A DNA stretch of 64,000 nucleotides from Bacteroidota bacterium (GTDB lineage Bacteria; Bacteroidota; Bacteroidia; Sphingobacteriales; Sphingobacteriaceae), in contig JAEXHI010000024.1 of NCBI GenBank assembly GCA_023450085.1, positions 52,906 to 116,905 on the forward strand, in the 5' to 3' direction. The position numbers and the translations under genes were made by a program. The notes beneath the pieces were generated by a model that ran no database searches, had not been told where the DNA came from, and worked only from the letters and a program-made list of their open reading frames with translations. Numbering within the stretch: the stretch's first letter is position 1; every line of letters begins with the position of its first letter. Below are positions 1-10,900 of the stretch, in pieces.

Positions 1-2
1 CC

Positions 3-767
3 TCAGCAATTGAAGCGGCCATCACACCACACACCAAACTGATTTATCTAGAATCTCCCAATACTTTCAGTTTTGATGTACAAGATTTGGAAGCCATTGC
101 TAGCTTAGCAAAAGCCAAGGGAATTATCACCATGATAGACAATAGCTACTGCTCCCCACTCTATCAACAGCCAATTGCTTACGGCATTGACTTGGTAGCA
201 CAATCGGCCACTAAATATTTAGCCGGCCATAGTGATGTGATGGCAGGAGTAGTTACAGGCAAGCAGGAATTGATTAAGCAGATATTCGAGAAAGAATACA
301 TGAATATTGGTGCCTCTTTGGCCCCTCAAAATGCTTGGCTATTGCTGCGTAGTTTACGTACTTTACCTATCCGCTTGGAAAAAATTACAACTAATGCCAA
401 TAAGGTAATCGATTATTTGGAACAGCACCCCAAAGTGGCAACGGTGCTTCATCCTTTTAGCGAAAAAAGCAAACAGCTAGGCTTAGCCAAAAAGCAGATG
501 AAAGCTTGCGGCGGGCTATTTAGCATTACGCTTAAAAATCCAAGTCTGGAAAAGATAGAAACATTTTGTAATAACCTAAAACATATCTTAATGGCCGTAT
601 CATGGGGTGGCTATGAAAGTTTGATTATTCCTGCTTGCTCTGGTATTAGCAAAGCTGATTTTGATGTAAATAATCCCAGACATGTTTTAATCAGAATTTA
701 TGTAGGTTTGGAAGAGCCTGAGTATTTAATTAAGGATTTGCAAGCGGCACTAGATAAAGTATCCTGA
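3..767 (+). CDS. PLP-dependent Cys/Met metabolism enzyme (cystathionine gamma-synthase/lyase family), 5'-truncated by window edge
   Basis: Frame is open from position 3 (SAIEAAITPHTKLIYLESPNTF). Motifs DNSY, SATKYLAGHSD (PLP lysine), SWGGYESL, IRIYVGLE. Confidence 0.9.
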   Translation, partial: SAIEAAITPHTKLIYLESPNTFSFDVQDLEAIASLAKAKGIITMIDNSYCSPLYQQPIAYGIDLVAQSATKYLAGHSDVMAGVVTGKQELIKQIFEKEYMNIGASLAPQNAWLLLRSLRTLPIRLEKITTNANKVIDYLEQHPKVATVLHPFSEKSKQLGLAKKQMKACGGLFSITLKNPSLEKIETFCNNLKHILMAVSWGGYESLIIPACSGISKADFDVNNPRHVLIRIYVGLEEPEYLIKDLQAALDKVS

Positions 768-1519
768 TGAAAACAATAATTTATTTCGGTATTATTATAA
801 TAATGCTCGGTTGTAGGCAACAAAAGTCACAGGAGAATTCGATTGACGTCAATATAATAGGTGAACGTACTGAAGGTAGTGTCGATTTGCTAAACGAACG
901 AAGTAAAATAATTGCCGTTTTAAAAGATAATGTGTTAATAGAAACAGATTCCTTAAGTAAAGGCAAAAAAGAAATATGTATTCAAATAAGACTAACTGAA
1001 AAACAGGAACGCGAGTCTAAAATTGAGCCTAATCAAGAGCTAATTTCTTTAGAAGGAAAAATTGTTGGCAAAACTAAAGATACTGTTGAATTATTTATGG
1101 TTAGTAATAAGGAGGCCTATATTTTCGCATACATAAATGCTAATAAAATAAAGAAAAACTCTATTCCAGAACTTGTTTTAAAAGAGTTAGTTAGCGAAGG
1201 TCAAATAACTTTAAAAGAATTAAAGCCCTATTTATCCTCATTTAATTTTGAACAGAATAAAAACAATACAAAATTTAAAGAATATTTCATTTACGAAAGT
1301 ACAGTGGTAGACGTTTCAGCGAGAGATAGGATATCACTATTATTCAACGATAGTGAAGAATTGATTGGTATTATACACAGTAGACCATTACTTATTAAAA
1401 ACAAAAGAAGCTATCCTCTAATAAGAGGCCACTCATTTACATCTATCGCAAATCTTAAAGAAGAAGAGATAAAAAAAATCACATCCGACAGGATTAATTT
1501 ATATTCCTCCTCGGATTAA
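767..1519 (+). CDS. Hypothetical lipoprotein, AT-rich
   Basis: 250-aa ORF with hydrophobic N-terminus and lipobox-like MLGC. TGATG stop/start overlap with the upstream gene. Confidence 0.7.
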   Translation: MKTIIYFGIIIIMLGCRQQKSQENSIDVNIIGERTEGSVDLLNERSKIIAVLKDNVLIETDSLSKGKKEICIQIRLTEKQERESKIEPNQELISLEGKIVGKTKDTVELFMVSNKEAYIFAYINANKIKKNSIPELVLKELVSEGQITLKELKPYLSSFNFEQNKNNTKFKEYFIYESTVVDVSARDRISLLFNDSEELIGIIHSRPLLIKNKRSYPLIRGHSFTSIANLKEEEIKKITSDRINLYSSSD

Positions 1520-1630
1520 ATTATTTGGGTAAGATTAGTAAATAGAAAAAGGAATATTTATAACAGAACCTTTCTGACTATATTGTAAAATGGTTACAGG
1601 TCTTTACTAAACACCAACCAACAATTCAAA

Positions 1631-2125
1631 ATGGATATTGAAAATTATCTAGACAAATTTCAAAAAGCCGCAAACCGACTTAATCAAAATCAGCTTCACC
1701 AAAAACAAGTTGAAGTTGCGGTAGGTGTAGTTTTAAATTCCGTTTTTTTAAAGCTCTATAAAAAATCTTGGGCAAATGCATCCCAAGACCCATTGACTAC
1801 TCCGTCGAGAATATTCTTCTCTATTTGGATAAATGATTCAACTATAAGAGAACAAAAAATATACTATAACATCCACGCCTTGAAGCTACGACAACTAAAA
1901 GGTTATGCTATACAGAGTAGAAAATTTGCAGAAACCTTTAGGCACAGTTTTAAAGATTTTGAGCATCAATGGCAAAATGTAAGCGTAAACTTTGGACCAC
2001 TAACTTTAATGGAAGGCTGGATAAAAATTGATTTAGAAAATTTTCAAGCCGAAATTCTTAAACTGGCGAACAACTTCTTGGAAATAGACCATTTGATTGA
2101 CCATACACTCGCTAAATTTAAATAG
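1631..2125 (+). CDS. Hypothetical protein
   Basis: 164-aa ORF with an A-rich initiation region (CAATTCAAAATG). No recognised motif. Confidence 0.7.
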   Translation: MDIENYLDKFQKAANRLNQNQLHQKQVEVAVGVVLNSVFLKLYKKSWANASQDPLTTPSRIFFSIWINDSTIREQKIYYNIHALKLRQLKGYAIQSRKFAETFRHSFKDFEHQWQNVSVNFGPLTLMEGWIKIDLENFQAEILKLANNFLEIDHLIDHTLAKFK

Positions 2126-2149
2126 GTAAAGAGCGTAAATAGTTTAAAC

Positions 2150-2317
2150 AGACTTACGAAGTTTGTTAAACTTCGTAAGTCTAATGGAAGCACCTCCCTT
2201 TCGTAGGCTATCACGCTGAGTTTCCCGAATAATCGGGATAAATGATCAAAGCATCTGACACCAACGAAACAGATTTACCTTCCACAAACCTCGCAGGTTT
2301 TAAAACCTGTGAGGTTT
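2150..2317. repeat. Cluster of REP-like palindromes
   Basis: AGACTTACGAAGTTT-gtt-AAACTTCGTAAGTCT (2150-2182), TCCCGA-ataa-TCGGGA (2223-2238) and AAACCTCGCAGGTTTT-AAAACCTGTGAGGTTT (2286-2317). Confidence 0.8.
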
Positions 2318-2353
2318 ACAAGACCACGAAAAACCTATCAAATAAATTTTAAC

Positions 2354-2361
2354 TACCTTTG
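2354..2361 (+). promoter_or_regulatory. Bacteroidota housekeeping promoter -7 element upstream of DEAD-box helicase
   Basis: TACCTTTG matches TAnnTTTG. Implies a ~135-nt 5' leader. Confidence 0.6.
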
Positions 2362-2501
2362 TGGCTCGAAGCAGAATTTCTTTAATCATTTAAAGCAACT
2401 CAAAAGTTAGTCCTTCAACAAATGATTGTTCTAGCTTCTTCGTAAGTAAACCTCCTTTTGGGTTGTTTTACTTTTTATTTTTTACTTTTTACTTTAAAAA
2501 A

Positions 2502-3749
2502 ATGTTGTTTTCACAATTAAGGCTTATTGAGCCTATATTAAAAGCTGTTGAATCCGAGGGATATCAAAATCCAACTCCTATACAGCAAAAAGCTATTCCC
2601 AGTATTTTAAAACTAAAAGATTTATTAGGCTGTGCACAAACAGGCACGGGGAAAACCGCCGCTTTCGCCATTCCTATGTTGCAGATTTTGCACATGAGGC
2701 ACTTAAAGACCAACAAGAAAGCAATTAAGGCTTTGGTTTTAACGCCTACCAGAGAGTTGGCTATTCAAATACAAGAGAGCTTTAGCGTTTATGGCAAAAA
2801 TTTACCTGTTAAAAATGCCGTGATTTTTGGAGGTGTAGGCCAACAACCACAGGTTGATGCATTAAAAAAAGGAGTAGATGTGCTCGTAGCTACGCCTGGT
2901 AGATTATTGGACTTAATGGGCCAAGGACATATTAACCTCAGTGAGCTAGAAATTTTTGTATTGGATGAGGCCGACCGTATGTTGGATATGGGTTTCATCA
3001 ACGATGTAAAAAAAGTTGTTGGTAAATTACCTCAAAAAAGACAGACCTTATTCTTCTCGGCAACCATGCCACCTGAAATAGAGAAGTTGGCCAATACCAT
3101 TTTAAAAGATCCAGTAACGGTAGAAGTTACTCCTGTTTCTTCAACTGCTGACACCATCAATCAATCGGTTTATTTTGTAGATAAGCCAGACAAAAGAAAA
3201 CTTTTAAAGCACTTGCTTGATGACCTCAAAATCAACCATACTTTGATTTTCACCCGTACTAAACATGGTGCCGACAGAATTGCAAGAGACTTGGTTAAAG
3301 ACGGGATAAAAGCCGCCGCTATTCATGGCGACAAATCACAAGGGGCCAGACAACGTGCCTTAACAGAGTTTAAAGATAGAACTTTGAGGGTATTGGTAGC
3401 CACCGATATTGCAGCTAGGGGCATTGACATTGATGACTTGACGTATGTTTTCAACTATGATTTGCCGAATGTACCTGAAACCTATGTACACCGAATTGGT
3501 CGTACGGGTAGAGCTGGTGCCAATGGAAATGCCATTTCATTTGTGGATGCAGAAGAAAATGAATACCTGATTTCCATCCATAAATTAATTAAAAAGGTAA
3601 TTCCTATTGTAGAAGATCATCCTTATCCATTAAGTTGGAAAAGCATGTTAGCTGGAAAAGAAGTACAACGAAAGCCCCAAAAAGACTCAAAGGGCAATAA
3701 AGATAGCGCCAAGAACAAGAACAGAAAGTTCCACAAAAGCAGAAGATAA
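2502..3749 (+). CDS. rhlE: DEAD-box ATP-dependent RNA helicase (RhlE-like)
   Basis: Q motif [27 protein letters not shown] and HRIGRTGR motifs, plus a basic C-terminal tail. ATG at 2502 preferred over TTG at 2463. Confidence 0.9.
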   Translation: MLFSQLRLIEPILKAVESEGYQNPTPIQQKAIPSILKLKDLLGCAQTGTGKTAAFAIPMLQILHMRHLKTNKKAIKALVLTPTRELAIQIQESFSVYGKNLPVKNAVIFGGVGQQPQVDALKKGVDVLVATPGRLLDLMGQGHINLSELEIFVLDEADRMLDMGFINDVKKVVGKLPQKRQTLFFSATMPPEIEKLANTILKDPVTVEVTPVSSTADTINQSVYFVDKPDKRKLLKHLLDDLKINHTLIFTRTKHGADRIARDLVKDGIKAAAIHGDKSQGARQRALTEFKDRTLRVLVATDIAARGIDIDDLTYVFNYDLPNVPETYVHRIGRTGRAGANGNAISFVDAEENEYLISIHKLIKKVIPIVEDHPYPLSWKSMLAGKEVQRKPQKDSKGNKDSAKNKNRKFHKSRR

Positions 3750-3755
3750 TTCAAG

Positions 3756-3787
3756 AAAGCCTATTAATTAACTTTAATAGGCTTTTT
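3756..3787. terminator. Bidirectional terminator-like hairpin between convergent genes
   Basis: AAAGCCTATTAA-ttaact-TTAATAGGCTTT followed by a T run. Overlaps the 3' end of the phosphatase gene. Confidence 0.6.
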
Positions 3788-4894
3788 GTTACCTGTTAAA
3801 TCTACTTTATACCAGTTTCCTTTCTCAAACAAAGCTGCTTCATGCTGACCTTCGTGTTGGTTAACATCAATGCCTAATATTTTACCACCGTAGTAAAATC
3901 CAACATTCGTTTTAGTGATGGTATGGCCAACAATAATTCGCTGTACCTGATATTGAGCTAATGTTTGGTCTACAATAGTTTCATCGAGCACAGGCTCTTT
4001 AAAATAGCCTCTAAACCAAAACAGACCTAGCGTACTGTTAAATATCTTGAGAATTTTATCGTCTTTAACGGTATTCTTTAAATCTTTCCAACCGATATAA
4101 GGTTTTGAAATAGCATTGATTTGCTCTACCGTCAACTTTAAATCGTTAATTTCTGGAGAAATGCCACCATGTAAACATAAGTTATCTCCAATTTTTTCAA
4201 TCAGGTTTTTACTTCTTAACCACTTACCCAGTTCTGTATTTTCATCATAGAGTTCCATGTAAGATTGGCCCATAGCCTCAGCCGCCGACAAATATTTTTG
4301 ATCTAAATATTTCAAGTTGCCTGCCAAGTTCATGATATCGTGATTACCTAATATAGTATGTACGTAGCCGCCTTTTAATTTAGCTGCTTCTTCCAATTTA
4401 TACAACAACCATAATGTAGCAGGTACATCTTTCCCCCTATCGAACAGATCACCGCAAATCACCAAGTGTCCTTTGCCAAAAATCCATTCGTATTTTTTAT
4501 TGATCACTTTGTTAGCTAACAACAGGTTTCTCAAAGCATCAAACTCTCCTTCAATATCTGATAGGAATAATAATTTATCAGGTTGTGCCCATACGCTTGG
4601 TTCATCTTGTAAAGAAGATCTTAGCTTTACATCAAAATTTTTCTCTGGAGCATCAGAAAAATTAACTCTTATGGTAAGCTTCTGTTTTTCCGATAAAGTA
4701 TAAGTTTTTTCTGTAGCAATGGCTTTTTTCGATGAATGGGTAACTTCCTTTACCAAAATCTGATTGCCTTTGTAAAGCAGATAAGGTCCATCAAAAACAT
4801 TACCTAAGGTATCTTGCGCACTTACCTTAACTATTGAAAATAGCAAGATAGCAAATGACAACAAAGTTGGGGTAAATCTAATCACGGCTAACAA
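3764..4894 (-). CDS. Secreted calcineurin-like metallophosphoesterase (Shewanella-like phosphatase type)
   Basis: Signal peptide (VSA-QD) and motifs SDIEG, GDLFDRG, GNHD, HGG, IIVGHT. Start codon uncertain (TTG 4894 or GTG 4885). Confidence 0.85.
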   Translation of the reverse strand: MLAVIRFTPTLLSFAILLFSIVKVSAQDTLGNVFDGPYLLYKGNQILVKEVTHSSKKAIATEKTYTLSEKQKLTIRVNFSDAPEKNFDVKLRSSLQDEPSVWAQPDKLLFLSDIEGEFDALRNLLLANKVINKKYEWIFGKGHLVICGDLFDRGKDVPATLWLLYKLEEAAKLKGGYVHTILGNHDIMNLAGNLKYLDQKYLSAAEAMGQSYMELYDENTELGKWLRSKNLIEKIGDNLCLHGGISPEINDLKLTVEQINAISKPYIGWKDLKNTVKDDKILKIFNSTLGLFWFRGYFKEPVLDETIVDQTLAQYQVQRIIVGHTITKTNVGFYYGGKILGIDVNQHEGQHEAALFEKGNWYKVDLTGNKKPIKVN

Positions 4895-4903
4895 AATGTA
4901 ATA

Positions 4904-5632
4904 CTATACTTTTCTTAATTTAATGATACGCAACCAATGCATCACTTTCATCATTGGATAAGTTGGATCAAATTCCCACCAGCGTGTTGCAAAGTTTGGT
5001 GAATTTGGTCTTTTGTGGTGATTATTCTGAAACAATTCTCCCATCAATAAGAAATCCCACGGCAATGAGTTTTTACTGTGATCGTCGTTATCGTGGTTAG
5101 AGTAACCGTATTTATGTCCACACCAGTTTACGATGGCACCATGAATTGGCCCCATTAAAAAGTGAATTGGTAGTAGTAAAAACATCCACCATGAAGTAGC
5201 AAAAGTTACGTAAAACCAAATGTAAAATAAACCACATGCAATACGCCAAAACCATGAATCACCTATTCTATCAATGATTGGCCACTCCGGATAATTCCCT
5301 CTAAAGGCTGGCTCCGGCTCTATTTTATGCAACAGGTAAGCTAGGTACATATTTTTAGTAGCGATCATCATTCCAAAAACATCCTTAAAAAAATGTGGTG
5401 AATGTGGATCTTTCTCTGTGTCACTATAAGCATGATGCATACGATGCAAAATAGCATAGGCCCTAGGATTTAAAAAAGAAGAACCTTGTGAAATCAGCAA
5501 TAGTAGATAGAAAAAACGTTCCCAAAATTTATTCATCTTAAACATTTTATGCGATGAATAACGGTGAAGGAAGAAAGTTTGGCTAAACAATGATAGGAAC
5601 CAATGTGCCAAAAAGAAATACAAAATAATCAT
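4904..5632 (-). CDS. Membrane fatty-acid (acyl-CoA/acyl-lipid delta-9 type) desaturase
   Basis: His boxes HRYSSH, HRMHH and QNNHH, plus DPHSP. Confidence 0.9.
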   Translation of the reverse strand: MIILYFFLAHWFLSLFSQTFFLHRYSSHKMFKMNKFWERFFYLLLLISQGSSFLNPRAYAILHRMHHAYSDTEKDPHSPHFFKDVFGMMIATKNMYLAYLLHKIEPEPAFRGNYPEWPIIDRIGDSWFWRIACGLFYIWFYVTFATSWWMFLLLPIHFLMGPIHGAIVNWCGHKYGYSNHDNDDHSKNSLPWDFLLMGELFQNNHHKRPNSPNFATRWWEFDPTYPMMKVMHWLRIIKLRKV

Positions 5633-5699
5633 ACAAAAGAGCAAGAATGGTCTTTCTTGCCATAAATTTTAATTTAATAATATTGGTTTGGAGGTAGGA

Positions 5700-6197
5700 T
5701 TATCTCCCGAAATCATCTTGAACGCGTACAATATCATCCTCATCTGATGGGTTATTGGCATCCGTATGTTGCCATATTTCTGCTACTACACCCCAATCAT
5801 CTAGGCCAATCAAACGATGACGCTCTCCTTGATGCAACTTAATTTGGTTATTTGGCGAATAGGTTTTAAGTTCTCCCTCTTCGTCAGTCTCACTGGTTTT
5901 GATGCCAACGGTACCTGTTACCACTTGCCAAATTTCAGCTCTACGGTGATGGTATTGCCATGATAATCTAGCATTTGGTGCTACGATTAAAATTTTCGGG
6001 CTTAGTTTACCACCGATTTTTAAAGTGGCGATATCTAATCCATCAAAATAAGTATCGGCAAATTGTTGCGCTTGTGCTTCATCTATTACAAAGAACCCAC
6101 CCCAAGGTCTGTTCTCGTCTCTATTCACAACATTAAACCCCTCAAGTTTTAAACGTTGTGCTACGCTATCAAAAATATCTCTCTTTTGAGTATCCAT
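5700..6197 (-). CDS. Cupin protein, mannose-6-phosphate isomerase type II-like
   Basis: RPWG, RLSWQYHHRRAEIW, HRL and EDDIVRVQDDFGR motifs. Confidence 0.85.
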   Translation of the reverse strand: MDTQKRDIFDSVAQRLKLEGFNVVNRDENRPWGGFFVIDEAQAQQFADTYFDGLDIATLKIGGKLSPKILIVAPNARLSWQYHHRRAEIWQVVTGTVGIKTSETDEEGELKTYSPNNQIKLHQGERHRLIGLDDWGVVAEIWQHTDANNPSDEDDIVRVQDDFGR

Positions 6198-6268
6198 AAG
6201 GGTCAAAAATAACAGTTAAAAACTAAAACACACATAATGTCAGCTAGTTTTAATAAATAACCTAAATT

Positions 6269-6910
6269 TTAATGCTGTAAATGAAGCCTTTTAGCTTGCC
6301 ATTTTCCGATGGCAACAAAGGCTAAAAACAGTGTTAAGAATAATAAAGTAACGAATATACAATTCACCATTACCTGCTGCAGTCCCAATTTGTTTATGTT
6401 TAAAAATGGATAGGGATAAAAATTAGCATAACTGCCTCTAACCAGCACAAAACAAATATAAACTAGTGGAAAGGCTAACCACGCCCAGATATTCTGCCAT
6501 TTTAATGACTGTTTTGGCACAAAATAAATCCAGTAAACGAGAAATAGAATCGGTACAATGACGTGCATCAATTCGTTCAATACAGCCGACCAACCACTTA
6601 CCACAGATAAAGACCTTAAAACCGAGTTGTAAACTAATGCAACCACAGTGATATAAACCGTGATCGCTGTAATTACACTTGGCCTTTTAAAAAAGCTACC
6701 AAAAGCAGTTCTTGGGATTAAAAATATAGCAGCTGCACATACGCCAACCAACAAATTACTATCAATGGTGAAGTAGCTAAAAAACCTAATCAACAATTCG
6801 CTGCCAGTATTTGTTCCGCTTTTGATATGCAAATAAAATTGAAAAACAAGGGCAAACCAAGCAACGATGCTTAGTAGGCCTAGATATACTTTCTCTGTTT
6901 TATCTTTCAT
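6269..6910 (-). CDS. Integral membrane protein (Pr6Pr / FAR-17a-AIG1-like)
   Basis: About six TM segments with motifs FSYFT..SN, H.IVP and YPYPFL. Confidence 0.8.
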   Translation of the reverse strand: MKDKTEKVYLGLLSIVAWFALVFQFYLHIKSGTNTGSELLIRFFSYFTIDSNLLVGVCAAAIFLIPRTAFGSFFKRPSVITAITVYITVVALVYNSVLRSLSVVSGWSAVLNELMHVIVPILFLVYWIYFVPKQSLKWQNIWAWLAFPLVYICFVLVRGSYANFYPYPFLNINKLGLQQVMVNCIFVTLLFLTLFLAFVAIGKWQAKRLHLQH

Positions 6911-6920
6911 GACTTCTCAT

Positions 6921-6949
6921 AAAAAAGCCACTTACTTTGGCAAGTGGCT
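6921..6949 (-). terminator. Intrinsic terminator after DUF3467 gene
   Basis: Minus strand AGCCACTT...AAGTGGCT followed by a T run. Confidence 0.7.
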
Positions 6950-6956
6950 ATTCTTT

Positions 6957-7268
6957 TTAAGCTTGGGCTGTTGGCCCACCAAATCCCATTGGATATGGCG
7001 TTTCGTCCTGCGTTTTGATACGTCCGTGTGCTGCTTCAAACTTTTCGATGTTATCCTGCATAGCATGCATTAAGCGTTTAGCATGTTCTGGAGTCAAAAT
7101 AATCCTCGATTTTACCTTTGCCTTCGGAATACCAGGCATTACTCTAATAAAATCTAATACAAACTCTGTATTAGAGTGCGTAATGATGGCTAAGTTTGAA
7201 AAAATACCTTCAGCTATTTCTTCTGACAATTCTATATTTAATTGATTTTCGTTCTGTTGTTGTTCCAT
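6957..7268 (-). CDS. DUF3467 family protein
   Basis: EG.FSNLAIITHS.TEFVLDF and SRIILTPEHAKRL. Usual Bacteroidota position downstream of rpoC. Confidence 0.85.
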   Translation of the reverse strand: MEQQQNENQLNIELSEEIAEGIFSNLAIITHSNTEFVLDFIRVMPGIPKAKVKSRIILTPEHAKRLMHAMQDNIEKFEAAHGRIKTQDETPYPMGFGGPTAQA

Positions 7269-7371
7269 ATTAACAAAGCTAATACTTTAATTTAAAAGTG
7301 CTAGGCTTCTTAAAAAATGTTTATCATCAATAGTGTATTATCAAAGTATTGAATACCCTAAACGCTCCCAT

Positions 7372-7880
7372 ACCGTCATCTCAACTTTAAAAAGAGAGCT
7401 AATAACTTTGTTCGTCAGCTTATATCTTAAAACCTCGAAGAGGTCAAATCTCCATAATATAGCCGAATATCATTGATACGACTCCTACAGAGTCGTATGT
7501 CTTTGGAACGTTTGTACTATAGCTATTGAAATCCTTCGGATTTTTGTTAAAAACCCACTGATTGCTAATAGACCGTCATCTCGAACTTAAGGAGAAATCC
7601 AACAACTTTGTTCTTCAATTTATATTTCTTAAAACCTCTAAGAGGTCAAACATCTATAATATGGCCGAATATCATTGATATGACTCCTACAGAGTCGTAT
7701 GTCTTTGCAACGTTTGTACCATAGCTATTGAAATCCTTCGGATTTTTGTTAAAAACCCACTGATTGCTAATAGACCGTCATCTCGACCTTAAGGAGAGAT
7801 CTAACAACTTTGCACTCCATAAAACTTATAGAGATCAAGTATTTTTATCAATTCATCTCTCACTTCCTCGAAAACATGAC
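7372..7880. repeat. Tandem ~200-bp palindrome-rich repeat (2 full units plus a partial third)
   Basis: Units start ACCGTCATCTC at 7372, 7572 and 7774. The full units contain GACTCCTACAGAGTC and AAATCCTTCGGATTT hairpins. Confidence 0.9.
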
Positions 7881-7884
7881 CTAC

Positions 7885-7916
7885 AAAAAAATCCCTAGCG
7901 AAAACGCTAGGGATTT
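7885..7916 (-). terminator. rpoC terminator
   Basis: AAATCCCTAGCG-tttt-CGCTAGGGATTT plus a T run on the minus strand. Confidence 0.85.
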
Positions 7917-7950
7917 ATATTTACAAATGCCTTTCAGCTTTGTGCTGTTA

Positions 7951-10900
7951 TTAAGCTTCTACTTCTTCTTGTTTTGAAGCTAATAATTTGTCGTACTCTT
8001 CTTGAGAACCTACAATGATACGCTCGTAGCCACGTACACCGGTACCTGAAGGAATCAAGTGACCAACAATTACGTTTTCTTTCAAGCCTAACATTCTGTC
8101 TTTCTTACCTGCAATTGCAGCTTCGTTCAACACTTTTGTAGTTTCCTGGAATGATGCCGCAGAAATGAATGACTTAGTGCCTAATGAAGCACGAGTGATA
8201 CCTTGTAGTACTGAACTAGCAGTAGCTGGTTTAGCATCCCTTACTTCGATCTGAGCTAAATCTTGACGTTTCAATTGAGAATTTTCGTCTCTTAATTTAC
8301 GTAAAGAAATAATCTGACCTGGTTTTACAGTAGTCGAATCACCTGCTTCAACAACAACCTTTTTATCAAAGATTTCGTCGTTTTCGATCATAAAGTCCCA
8401 ACGATCTACAGAGTCATTTTCTAAGAAACGAGTATCTCCTGGATCTTCGATGTGAACTTTTTGCATCATCTGGTGTACAATTACTTCGAAGTGTTTATCG
8501 TTGATTTTCACCCCTTGTAAACGGTAAACCTCTTGGATACCATTTACTAAGTATTCTTGTACTGCAGCTGGACCTTTGATCGCCAAGATATCCGCTGGAG
8601 AGATAGAACCATCTGACAATGGCATACCTGCTTTCACGAAGTCATTATCTTGTACTAAGATGTGTTTAGAAAGTGGAACTAGGTATTTTTTAACCTCACC
8701 ATCTCTCGATTCGATAGTCATCTCACGGTTACCACGTTTGATACCACCTAACGTTACCACACCATCAATTTCAGTAACAACTGCTGGGTTTGAAGGGTTA
8801 CGAGCCTCGAATAACTCAGTTACACGAGGTAAACCACCGGTAATATCTCGGGTTTTACCTGTAGCACGAGGAATCTTAACCAATACCTGTCCGCTTTGTA
8901 CAGCGTCACCTTCGTCAACCGCAATGTGTGCTCCTACTGGAATATTGTAAGTTCTGATCAACTCGCCTTTTTTATCCAATACCTTAATAGCAGGGTTTTT
9001 GGTTTTATCACGAGTATCAATAATTACTTTTTCACGGTGACCAGTTTGCTCATCAGACTCTTCTCGGAAAGTTACACCTTCAATGATTGCATCAAATTCG
9101 ATTTTACCTCCAAATTCAGAGATAATAACCGCGTTATATGGATCCCATGAAACAATTTTATCACCTTTAGCAACTTTATCACCTTCTTTTACATATAAGA
9201 ATGCACCATAAGGGATATTGTTGTTTACGATTACTTTGTTAGTTCCTGGCTCAACAATTCTGAACTCACCTGAACGACCTAGAACGATATCAACCACACC
9301 ATCTTCAGTAGTAGTTTGTACGGTACGTAAGTTTTCAAACTCAATTACACCATCAAACTTAGCGTTGATTTGCGATTCGTTGGCAATGTTAGATGCCGTA
9401 CCACCCACGTGGAAGGTACGAAGTGTTAACTGTGTACCTGGCTCACCGATTGACTGTGCAGCAATTACACCTACAGCCTCACCTCTTTGAACACGTTTAC
9501 CAGACGCTAAGTTACGTCCGTAACACAATGCACAAACACCACGTTTATTCTCACAAGTTAATACAGAACGGATCTCGACACCTTCTAACGGAGATTCTTC
9601 AATTGCTTTTGCAACATCCTCGTCAATATCTTGACCTGCACCTACCAATAACTCACCATTTAATGGATTGTACACATCATGTAATGATGTACGACCCAAA
9701 ATACGCTCGTATAAAGGCTCAACAATGTCTTCGTTATCTTTCAATGCTGTAGTGTACATACCTCTTAAAGTACCACAGTCTACATCATTAACAATCATAT
9801 CTTGCGCTACGTCATGTAAACGACGAGTTAAGTAACCCGCATCCGCCGTTTTTAACGCCGTATCCGCCAAACCTTTACGAGCACCGTGGGTAGAGATAAA
9901 GTACTCTAATACCGACAATCCTTCTTTAAAGTTTGATAAGATCGGGTTTTCGATAATCTCACCACCAGAACCTGATTTTTGAGGTTTAGCCATCAAGCCC
10001 CTCATACCTGCCAACTGACGAATCTGCTCTTTAGAACCACGGGCTCCAGAGTCAAGCATCATGTAAACAGAGTTGAAACCTTGATTATCTGATGATAACT
10101 GGTTCATTACAAACGTAGTTAAACGGTTGTTGATACGAGTCCAGATATCGATAATTTGGTTGTAACGCTCGTTGTTGGTAATGAAACCCATGTTATAGTT
10201 GTTTCTTACCTCTTCAACTTCGTTAGCAGCTTGTTCTAATAAAGTGTGTTTCTCTACTGGAATGTTTACGTCTTGTAAGTTAAACGATAAACCTCCACGG
10301 AATGCACTTTGGAAACCTAATTCTTTGATATCATCTAAGAATTTAGCCGAACGAGCCATACCAGTCATTTTTACTACTTCACCAATGATATCTCTTAAAG
10401 ATTTTTTGGTCAATAGTTCGTTGATATAACCAACTTCTTCCGGTACCATTTGGTTAAATAACACACGACCTACTGTAGTTTCAATTAACTTGTTTACAAT
10501 AGAACCGTCAGCTTCTTTAACGTTAGCTTTAACTTTAATCCAAGCGTGTAAATCTACTCTTTTCTCATTATAGGCAATAATTACCTCTTCTGCCGAGTAG
10601 AAATTCATATCCTGACCTTTTACTACTCTGTTCTCATCAGTTCTGCGGCCTTTAGTAATATAATAAAGACCCAAAACCATATCTTGAGAAGGTACTGTAA
10701 TAGGCGTACCGTTAGCAGGGTTTAGGATATTGTGCGCTGCCAACATCAATACTTGGGCTTCCAAAATTGCAGCATTACCTAATGGTAAGTGAACTGCCAT
10801 CTGGTCACCGTCAAAATCGGCGTTGAATGCGGTACACACTAATGGGTGTAGTTGGATAGCTTTACCTTCAACTAATTTTGGTTGGAAAGCCTGGATACCT

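Noticed and set aside
2463..2501. N-terminal extension [13 protein letters not shown] of the helicase
   Set aside because: It is the translation of a TTTTTAC-like heptamer array; the downstream ATG at 2502 has the proper A-rich context.
7372..7880. CRISPR array or IS remnant
   Set aside because: The whole 200-bp unit is repeated with no unique spacers, and there is no transposase ORF.
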